Below the pieces are notes generated by a model. That model did no database searches and had not been told where the DNA came from. It saw only the letters and a list, made by a program, of their open reading frames with translations. A DNA stretch of 64,000 nt from Octopus bimaculoides (lineage: Eukaryota), in assembly GCF_001194135.2 (NCBI RefSeq), contig NC_068982.1:166611680-166675679 (forward strand). Direction: 5' to 3'. Shown one piece after another: positions 25,250 through 35,094 of this stretch; the stretch's first letter is position 1, and each line of letters begins with the position of its first letter. The translations under genes and the position numbers were made by a program.

Positions 25250-26780
25250 GTTTGTCTTAGTATAATATTGAATATTAAAATTAAGATACTTGGCGGTATT
25301 AATAGAGGTACTGAATGTACCTCTATGAATGCCTGAAATATCTGTGCAGTTTGGGATTTAATATTCAAGATGTGGAATCCACTAATGACATCAATAGTAA
25401 TTGTATAATGAGATTTATATAGTCATATTTGGTTGAAATGAAGATCATATAATGCAATCCCAATGTATACTAGGGTCTAATCTCTCTTTCTATCTGACAT
25501 TTACATAACATTTCTTACACAAACATAACATTTCTTGCTCAGTCATATACATTAAAGATAAAATACTTTTCTTTAAGCAAACTGATCTTCAAAGATATTA
25601 CATTCAGTCTTTTGAACATTCAATCTTTTTAGTTTTCTCTCAAATTATAATGTATCTAGGATTACATTATTATCCAATGTGTTTTGCATTTTTTAAATAC
25701 ATATGATGCAATTTAAGGAATATTTGACTGCTATATCTCTCAGGCCAAGTAATGACATTTAAGGTTCCTCTTGCTGACTTTTTTGTTAGGTAAAACTGAT
25801 TTTGATGCTATTCAAGCTGAAATCATTGAGCGACTGAATAACCACCTCCAATTCTTTTGTCTATTGTTCCTGCTGTACATAAAAGAAACATCATTGAAAT
25901 AAAATTGACATGATTATATCTGATTTCTCAATTCTTCCCGATCTTCTGTTAATTAAACGTTAATGCTGAGATCATCCAGATCAGTAAGTCTATCCAGCAT
26001 TTCTTTGGATGTTCACCTGGAAAGCCGACCACTATCTTTTTTGGCCACCAAAACCCAGTAAAGAATTCTGGTCTATACATTCAATTCAAAACAGTTATTC
26101 CATGTAAGGAATCTTAAGAACAAGTTATCAGTGTTTTCATTCATTACCATAATCCTTAAGGTCAGTATTGATCCTAAGGACCAACATTTGCTTGACCTTT
26201 CATGATATTGCTTTTATGACAATCATAATAAAGTAAGGGGTTTAAAACTGATCATTAATGCACAAATTCTAACAGGAGTTTCAGAGCTGGATTTGTTATT
26301 TGCATTAAGATGCATCTATATTCAATATCTAGTGCATCTTAACATGCACTCTTTTACATACACCTAATTTTTCTTTACTTACATACAAGAGAAACTCTCA
26401 AGGCACTGGAGCAAACACCTCCTCATGGTCATCAGAAGTTAAGAATAAACTCCCTTTTGTAGTAAATCATCAAATCTAGAGTGTTGCAGTTTTAACCATC
26501 TTTATTGTTCTAGATATTTACTGTCAATATCATTCACCAAATGACACTATTACTAATTGGTAGATTTTTCACACTACTGCTGGATATAATGACTACTATA
26601 ATGACACAAACACACAATGGAGAGACAGAGACAGAAAAAGAGAGACACAGAAATTTCTAGTATTTTTCATCAGACTAAAATAATCTATTTTATTGTAGGT
26701 TTATAGAAGAACATGAACATGCAATGGAATTTGGACAGTTGTTGATTCAGTATCAAGTCTGTGAAGTTAAGGTGCTAGAC

Positions 26781-27138
26781 CAGTGGTTCCTAACTTGGGG
26801 TCCACAAAGGTAGTACTGGGGGTTTGTGAACTAAATACGAAATTTCATATATATATATATACTCATAAGATACAGTGTATATTTAAACACATAAGAGGAA
26901 TACACTCATGGGATTCCTTACGCTAGAAAGAACAGCTAGGTTCTATAACCACAAAATGTGGTTATAGAACCTAGCTGTTCTTTCTAGTGTAAGGAATCCC
27001 ATGAGTGGATTCCTCTTATGTGTTTAAATATACACTGTATCTTATGAGTAATTCATAGTCTTTGGACTAAATTTGTATGCGCTAGGTCACTGGAATTGAA
27101 AATCTTTATTAATTTTCATTTCCCTTCGATATGATTAA

Positions 27139-27187
<49 letters not shown>

Positions 27188-27248
27188 TAAGCATATCAAA
27201 AGGGGTCTGTGGGAAAACTCATTGAAATAAAAGGGTTGGGAACCACTG
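26781..27248. mobile_element. hAT-type MITE
   Basis: TIRs CAGTGGTTCCTAAC / GTTGGGAACCACTG; 8-bp flanks TGCTAGAC and TACCAGAC (6/8 identical). Confidence 0.8.
26860..27050. mobile_element. Foldback element with 94-bp arms and 3-nt loop, nested in the hAT MITE
   Basis: 26860-26953 is the reverse complement of 26957-27050 with two mismatches; TA at both ends. Confidence 0.9.
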
Positions 27249-28632
27249 TACCAGACCACAGTGAAACCTTGCACTAACCATTGTAATGTGCTCCTTTTCA
27301 TAGGAATTTAATTAAAACCATTTGCCAGGTTTAAAAGAAGGCCTGCTTCTTAATTCAATGGTTACTGATCTGAAAAAGTAACAAAGTCGACTTTCTCTAG
27401 CAATTTAAATGTAAATCTCTAAAGTTATAAACATCAAAGCACTCATGCTAGCAGAGATAAAATTGAATACAAACTTATCTGAAAGCCATTAAGTTTCATT
27501 TATTGTTTCTAACTTTAATACATTTATTTTAGACAGAATACTGATAAAAATACGATCACAGGCATTATATTGTGATACAAAGCAATGTTATTCTGTATGT
27601 CTTTGTTAACTATAACTGGAATGAAACAGGTCTACACATATTGTTCTATAGAGAGGCAGCTATATTCTCAGATATTGGGGAACCAAAACCACAAGCCAGT
27701 TTTAAACTCCCAGTTGCATTTCTTAAGAGGTTGCTAATACACTTTGGAAACACATCACTATTGTTCCTCCACAAAATAATCTTAGAATTCATCATTTTGT
27801 AGGAAGGTCAGCAGGAAGACACTCTAGGGAAACACAATAACAGTATAGATGTTCTGTTAATTAGAAGTGAGTAATAGGGAAATTATTAAATAGTAAATAT
27901 CTGCTCTCGACAATTCATATAAAACTTCTATGCAAAACCAGCTAATCTAATGCAATTAGTGAATAATGGATGCAAAACAGTGTGCCCCAAAAATAATTAG
28001 TCTTTTAAGAAAATTTCTTATTATTAGTGTGCGTGTGTGTGTTTGAGATGTCCAATTTGCAACCATGTGGTTTCAGGTTCGGTTTTTCTATGTAACACCT
28101 TTCATCATTGTTCTTGTGTATGGAATTTGAAAGACGATCGCTGTTGAACCCTGTTGGGGGGACCATTACTGTTTTATAAGTGGTAGACAATCTGTTACCC
28201 AGTTTAAAGCCACCACCTAGCCCTTGTGTGCCTTTAGCAGAGTCATCTCAGCAGTCATGCCAATTTGTCTGATTTGAGGATACTTTCCTCCGGCTAGCCT
28301 TGGAAGCCCTGAGAATGATCATAGACGTTACTCATTCTTCTCTGATTGATCCATAACAAAAAAAAAAAAAAATTACCAAGTTTCTAAAGTACAAACTAAA
28401 TTATCTTTCAACATTAAAGTAACCGTCTTTCAGCCATTGCCAAGTGATTATCATTTTTCTCAATAAGCTCTACAACTATTATTACAAGTTTTATTAGACA
28501 TTGTAATTTTCTACTAGACATTGCATCTCATATAAGCCAATGAGAGTTCTCTGGCATATATGAAACAGAAAAGCTCACTGGGTGGTAAACATTAATCCTT
28601 ACATGGCTTAACATCATCACCACTGGGCCTTT

Positions 28633-28695
28633 GGGTGCCTTTAGCAAAGTCTAGTCAGTTGCAAGCATTCAGCTCAGGTTTGAGGCTAACTTTCC
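28633..28695 (+). ncRNA. Candidate HDV-like ribozyme motif (better-preserved copy; paralog at 28226-28288)
   Basis: P1 GGGUGC/GCAUUC, P2 CAAAG-type/CUUUCC, P3 CUAG/CAAG, L3 UCAGUUG, P4 CUCA-GGUU-UGAG and J4/2 GCUAA, in HDV order. Confidence 0.35.
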
Positions 28696-29029
28696 TGCAC
28701 CAGTCTGAGAGGCCTTGAAATAAAGCCAGAGGCACTGTACTTCTTCCTCTGACTAAGCCATACACATGTCTACAATTTTTTTTTTTTTCCTGTTTTTATA
28801 AAAGTTAAAGATTATATGGTAAAATATATATATATATAAACGTTTATGTATTTGTTTTGCAAGATTCTTGATGTGAAAAATGGAGGAAACATGGGACAAA
28901 CTAAAAATAATACAAATAAAAACTAAAGTGAAGATCAAATAAATAGTGTAAGTGTTTAATCATGCAAAGAAAAAAAATTACTATCACCAAGTATAACAAT
29001 AGATATATATATAAAACATCACCATTATT

Positions 29030-29770
29030 TTCATGTCCACTCTTCCAAACTTGCATGCATTAGACAAAACTTGTCAAGACAGATTTTCCATGGTGAGACA
29101 TTCTTGCTGTCATCAATTCTCACTTCTTTCCAAACAAGGTTATATTTTTTATTAGTCCTTTGAACAATGAACAGCTCAATAGCTGGACATGCTTTTAGGA
29201 CACTACTTATATGAATGGTGATTTTGTTTACAATCAGTAAAAATCCCTTTCGGTCATGAATGAATAACCATGAGATTGCACCTAGAAAGCTACCCTCCAA
29301 AGCACAAGTCTGGGCAAGGTTTTTTTTTAATGGAAAACCAACAGTCACCCATGCATACCAGCCTCCCCTCTCCACGCCACCAATGTTATCCAGAGGAAAA
29401 GTAAAGGCTGATGCAGCTTGGCACCAGTGACATTGCAACTCATTTCTACAGCTGAGTGAACTGGAGCAACATGAAATAAAGTGCCTTGCTCAAGAACACA
29501 ACACACAGCCCAGTCTGGGAATTGAATTCACTGCACTTCTAACCACTGAGCCATAGCACACAAATTTTAAGGGAAGGGGGAATCCACATATATACACACA
29601 CATACATAACTTGTTTCTTACAGATTACGCCTATTAGATTCACTTACAAGGAATTGGTTTACCAAGGGATACAGTATAAGACACTTTACCAAGGTGCAGT
29701 GCAGTGGGCCTGAACCTGAAACCATATGGCTGAAAAATGAATTTCTGTAACCACACAGCCATGCCTGTGC
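29030..29770 (-). mobile_element. Cluster of SINE pieces (internal family A/B block, CORE-like tRNA SINE ~29245-29560, family A head ~29600-29770)
   Basis: CAGCTGAGTGAACTGGAGCAAC.TGAAATAAAGTG.CTTGCTCAAGAACACAAC core shared (inverted) with 41690-41915; family A head. Confidence 0.7.
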
Positions 29771-29886
29771 CTATATAATTTTTAATAAAATATGTAGTAG
29801 AATAAGATGATGATTTCACATACCAATCAGTACTTGAATAGCAAAGCTATCACTTATTGGGTGACAAAGTAGCAAAAGCAACTTAC

Positions 29887-30010
29887 AGTGCCAGATTCTA
29901 AGAAGACAGACTGGAAAATGCTCTGAAGTGTAACTTGCAACATTGTCATTTGACAAATATGTATCTTCAGTTTCATCAGTAGGTCTGTTGATCTTCACTT
30001 TCTCAAATTG
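29887..30010 (-). CDS. Possible coding exon of the unidentified minus-strand gene
   Basis: Strong donor CACT|GTAAGT; open frame QFEKVKINRPTDETEDTYLSNDNVASYTSEHFPVCLLRIWH in phase 0; acceptor lacks a pyrimidine tract; a shorter 24-nt exon 29887-29910 (SVFLESGT) is an alternative. Confidence 0.25.
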
Positions 30011-30602
30011 CTATTTCTAATGTCTAATATCATTCATTTATTATTACAACCATTCACTATCACTTCACATCTCTTCAGTAGTGTAGCTACACACACACAA
30101 ACACATAATTAAGTGGTATTAATTGCATTCTTATCACAATTAAATTCTTCTTCTGATAGCATTTTGGATTCCATAAATTACTTTTCTAAAAACTGAAATA
30201 ACTGAAACAATTTAAATTTACGGTGTCCCAAAATAATTAATTAAAAGACTTTTCCCGGTGGTGCTATTGAGTTAGTCATTGCCTGGGCTGATAATGGCCG
30301 AAAACCAATCTAAGTTATCTAAGTTACGACCACAATCAAGAAGATCGCAGTTAACAACTATATATTTACAACCCTGACTATATTAATTTCAACATCACTA
30401 TAAATATACATTATGAATGGATTGGCATGGGAATAAAATTTGACCATTTATACAAGAATTATACCCACAACTACCTATGAACTAAGAGAAAAGGATTATA
30501 CTCTTTGTTGACAAGGGTTAAGAAGACAGAAACATTTTAAGTTGTCTCCTTTAATTGCCAGGAAATAATGTTAGCTAACTTCTATTTTTCTAATTGCCAT
30601 AC

Positions 30603-30830
30603 TTAACCCTTTAGTGTTCAGATTACTCAGTTAAATGTAACGCTTATTTATTCACATTCTTTTGAATTAGTCATGCATTATCTCATAGCTGTGAGATTTC
30701 AATGATGTGATTGCTGGCTTTTAGTATGACATTGTAGGGTAGGTTTAAGAGACTGGATTTGGCCAGTTTGAGCTTTAGACAAGTAGAATATTTTGGCCAG
30801 ATATGGCTGGTTTAAATGATAAAGGGTTAA
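30603..30830 (+). mobile_element. TTAA-flanked MITE (piggyBac-like ends)
   Basis: TTAACCCTTTA ... TAAAGGGTTAA; second copy inverted at 13397-13613. Confidence 0.8.
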
Positions 30831-30834
30831 CCTT

Positions 30835-31510
30835 AACACTTCTACACATGCATCATCTTACATTCTGATCTATCATTCCCAGGCTATTTCTATCTCTCCA
30901 CACTGATATTTCCCATCAGCCATACTTCCAACCATGTTCACCACTCACTGCATTCACCTTTAACCATCTGTTACTGTCCCCCTCACAATTTTATGAAAGT
31001 ATTCACTCTTTCCTTTCCTTCCCTGATTCACTGTCTCAATCCTCTCTTATCTCACCTTCTTGTTACCTCAAGAGTTTTCTCTGGCACTCCATCACTTAAC
31101 ATTTTTTTATCTCCTTCTCATCTATTCCCATGCAGCCCTGTATAATGTGGGATAACTATGTATCTCCTCTATAGTAAGACACCTATGCTTGACCCTCAGT
31201 CATACTTTAGCCTTTCAACAGCCGGCATAAAACGACCTTCTCCTCTCAAATACTTTCTCCTCCACTTAGTTGTGGGAGCTTTTTCTTTTTTTCTGTCTTG
31301 CAAGTTACTTGGCAACCTCACTAGTGCTGACGGCAAGAAAAGGCACTCAGTACACAAGTGGTTTGCATTAAGAAGAGCATCCAGATGTAGGAACCATGCC
31401 AAACCTGACACTGGAGCTTGACATGGCCCTGTGACTCACCAAATCCTGTCAAACCAGCTAATCTATGTCAGTATGGAAAAGAGATATTTAATTGGCAATG
31501 ATGATGATGT
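30835..31510 (+). mobile_element. RTE 3' UTR relic (pyrimidine-rich part plus family B tail)
   Basis: Same pyrimidine-rich block as 16620-16900 (inverted) and 41370-41680; GTGGTTTGCATTAAGAAGAGCATCCAG tail and GATGATGAT. Confidence 0.65.
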
Positions 31511-32717
31511 GGTTAATTCTTATGTCGAAAACATTGGGAATTATCAAAGCTTTATATTACATAAATATTCAATCAGTAACCCCTTATAATTAAATTATCA
31601 ATTAATGCAAAACTGTTCCAGTTTCCAAAATTCTGAATTCTGTCAAAGGATCAGAAGCCTAGTAGGACATGTGAGGATCATGAGGCTAGATATTGATCCT
31701 TAGATGCAAAGAACCAAAGGAAAGTGATGGATTTCACAATTGTATTTATACAGAAGAAAGGAACTTCAGTTTAAAGATACATTAGTCCTTTATAAAAAAA
31801 AAGTTTAATATGTATTGAGCATATTTATATAACAGACAGGAAACATACATTACTTATTTATAAATGCTCTTTTATAACTAAATTACATCACTGAAACCAA
31901 TAGCCACAAGGTTTTGGCATTATAAAATGTTATTAAGTATTATAAATATTAACTCCCATCATTCAATCTTTGTCAAAAATGAAAATCAGTGATTAGGAAA
32001 ATATTTGAAATGTCTAACATGTTAAGCACAAGAACACCAAAGCAGTAAGTAAAATTTTCTTTTTTTCTTTTGATAATAGGATTTTGTCAGCAAGAAATCA
32101 ACTTCACATCTATTCGGATATTGCAAAAAAAAAATCCCACCCATTAGCTAATTTAAACTCTCAGATAATATTATTTGGTAGGTTTCAAATTGTCAGAGTG
32201 TATTCTTTCATTTCTTTTATTGTTTTTTTCTTTTTTTTTTTGCAGTTACTTATTAACTTCTATTTATCTCACTATAATAATGGCTTAATGTTTAGACCAT
32301 GAAGACAGTAAAATGTCAAATTACATTAGCAAAAATTATTTTATTTCCTCTGTTCAAACAGCTTCATATAATGTGGTGCTTATAATAACTTGACATACAT
32401 CAGGGATTAGAAATGCATAATACAAATGTACAGTAAAAATGTACGATAATGGCTAGTTAATATTGGTCAAAAAGTAGAATTAGATTCCAGCTGGGTTCAA
32501 ATATACCACAAGAACCTAGTTTCCACATAGTTTCTTTTTTCAACTGACTACTTTTACTCAAGTAGTTTGGTAACAATTTCCTTCATGAACCTACATTTCC
32601 TGACCAGCAAAACTGAGTGTCTAAATACTAACAATGTCATATTTAATGAATCCCATTAAATATAATCATGCTTAAAAGAAGTATATTTGATATATATTAA
32701 TAGCACTATCATCTCAC

Positions 32718-32807
32718 CAAAGACAAGTCTTTAGAATAGTTTATGCCATGTTCTTGGCAATAACCGAGTGATTCTCTCAAGATCTTTGGTTTACCATAGT
32801 TTAGAAC
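32718..32807 (-). CDS. Internal coding exon of an unidentified gene: VLNYGKPKILRESLGYCQEHGINYSKDLSL
   Basis: Acceptor TTATTTTCAATTTTAG|, donor TTG|GTGAGA, 90 nt, only frame 0 is open, not repeat-like; product not recognised. Confidence 0.55.
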
Positions 32808-33119
32808 CTAAAATTGAAAATAACAGGTTCAATTTATCCTGAACACACATGCATCTTCCAAGGCTTCCTAACAATGACCATTCTGTTTTTAAAAATATTT
32901 TGACCACAACAATTTTGCCTTTTAAAAGCATTCCAAAAGTGACTATTGCATTTTTTTAATGCATTCCAAACATGACTAACTTATCATTTTTAAAAAAGCA
33001 TTGACACGACACCCCGGAGTTCCAAACGTGACATATCATGTTTCAAGCCAAAATCTCCCTTATCACAATTCATCTTTTTCTATCAATACACATTGCATAA
33101 TGTAGTCCAGGGTACACAG

Positions 33120-33380
33120 TTCATTCTTTTACTTTTTTACTTGTTTCAGTCATTTGACTGCGGCCATGCTGGAGCACCGCCTTTAGTCGAGCAAATCAAC
33201 GGTTGTCAAGCGATGTTAGGGGGACAAACACAGACACATACATATATACGACGGGCTTCTTTCAGTTTCCGTCTACCAAATCCACTCACAAGGCTTTGGT
33301 CGGCCCGAAGCTATAGTAGAAGACACTTGCCCAAGGTGCCACGCAGTGGGACTGAACCCGGGACCATGTGGTTGGTAAGC
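33120..33380 (-). mobile_element. SINE family A copy with CpGs intact, internal deletion
   Basis: Core CGACGGGCTTCTTTCAGTTTCCGTCTACCAAATCCACTCACAAGGCTTTGGTCGGCCCG. Confidence 0.9.
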
Positions 33381-34995
33381 GACACGAAGAAGACGGGTTA
33401 AAAAACAAAAACAAAAGCCAAAAAAAAATGATCGTGCTTGGAACGTTAGACGGTCATTAAAAAAAAGACTGGATGGCTAGTTTCGCAAAGGAACCAGATT
33501 CGTAAATTCCATTTTTTTTTTTTTTTTTTACTTCGGATTCTAAACTATCCTTTACCTTTTTAACTTGCAAAACACATGAACGCTTTGCGATCGAAGTGTT
33601 AATAAGACCAGGAATGTTCATTTGAAAACTATTAGTTAATCTAGATATCTCAATTACCGTATAAGTTTCTCAATTGATACAAACACACACACAGTAATGT
33701 TATTCCAACGAATCATCAGAAACAGGAGCTTTTTTTTACACGTAAAGGAGTGTTTATAAATCTAATGTAAGCAATGACAAGCAACGAAATTATATACATA
33801 CATATGTGTGTGTGTGTATGTATATATACATATATACAGTAAAAGAGAATGAGGGAGAGGAGTAATTAAAATAAGATAAAATGTGTGGGTAATTATTTAC
33901 ATATATGTGTGCTGACCATTACAGCTAATAGGTTCTTTTCATTTATTTATTTATTTATTTTGATCCAGACACAGAACAAGCAGGAGGTGACCAAAAACAA
34001 AAGTTTGTAATTAAGATATGAGCAAGCACATCAAGAATGAGAGGGCTGTCGTCGGTAACTGTGTAAGCAAGCATGTATGAGTAATAATATATATGTGTGT
34101 GTGTGTGTGTGTGTACACATACCCACACATACAGAGTACACAGAGAGAGAGGGGGGAAGGGGGAGCAGCAGTAGCAGAAAAGTGAAAAAATATTTAGAAG
34201 AGTTCAACGAAAATAGTGGGCTACATTTACAACTCGAAAGGAAATGTCACAAAACACCACTTGACAGATGCTGGAAGGTGTCTTCGTAAAGTAAACAGAC
34301 TTATTTAGAAGGGGAGAAGACCAACCAAGAATGAGTATACGCGTGTATGTATGTGGTGGAGAGAGGTCAGCAGTCGATGGAACCAAGTTGATTACACATG
34401 AATCTATTAAATACAATACAGACTTTCAAATCTACACGCCTTGGCTGTGTTGACAACTATATTTGAGTGACTCAAAGTTGCTGATATTACACAGAGAGAG
34501 AGAGAGAGAGATAGTTTGTTTTTTTTTTGTTTTTTTTTGTGAAATGTTTAGCTTAAAATTAAAACAACTCGGTTCCCAAATATTTAAACACGGAACTGTT
34601 ATACAAGTCGAAATATTTAACTGAAAAGTGTTCCTTTCAAAAAGGGAGGATTTTCTGAATAACAAGCAATATTATTTATGAACTTTACAGTGTTATATTT
34701 TTCCATAAACATATACGTTGCACTAAATGTAACGAAAGAATACCATTAAAAACAATGCCAGTAAATATAAACATCACACGCTCGCGCGTGCATACACATT
34801 TATTTGCACACATACACAAATATACATACCCTTTCTACTACAGGCACATGGCCTGATATCAGTTACATAATAATGCATAATAATAGTGACCTCTGGCTAT
34901 GGTACAACAGTAAGTCTCCAGAAAAACCGAGTGCTACACATAATTAAGGTTGTTCGGCCTGCCATAAATAGCAACCAAATATGCTCGAACCACAC

Positions 34996-35094
34996 CTGAT
35001 GTGTTCAAGGAAAGATACATTGTGTAATGTAACACTAGATACAGGACGTCATAGCTGGAACGCCTTTCCTCATAGTCTGCTCCGTCGAACTGAC
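34996..35094 (-). other. Possible 99-nt exon (coding status unknown)
   Basis: TGTTTTGTTGCTGTTTCGCCTCAG| acceptor, CAG|GTGTGG donor; open only in phase 1 (GQFDGADYEERRSSYDVLYLVLHYTMYLSLNTS). Confidence 0.25.

Noticed and set aside
26017-26072. Further minus-strand exon
   Set aside because: Stop codon in the phase needed to join the 29887 exon; weak acceptor
29031-29438. 135-aa ORF
   Set aside because: Both ends lie in recognisable SINE pieces; no protein motif
30285-30310. Hammerhead-like CTGATAATGGCCGAAA
   Set aside because: Essential G8 is missing and no stem I or III is evident
34844-34909. Plus-strand exon-like segment (CTACAG|..ACA|GTAAGT)
   Set aside because: No partner exons or recognisable product; isolated splice-like pairs are common in AT-rich DNA
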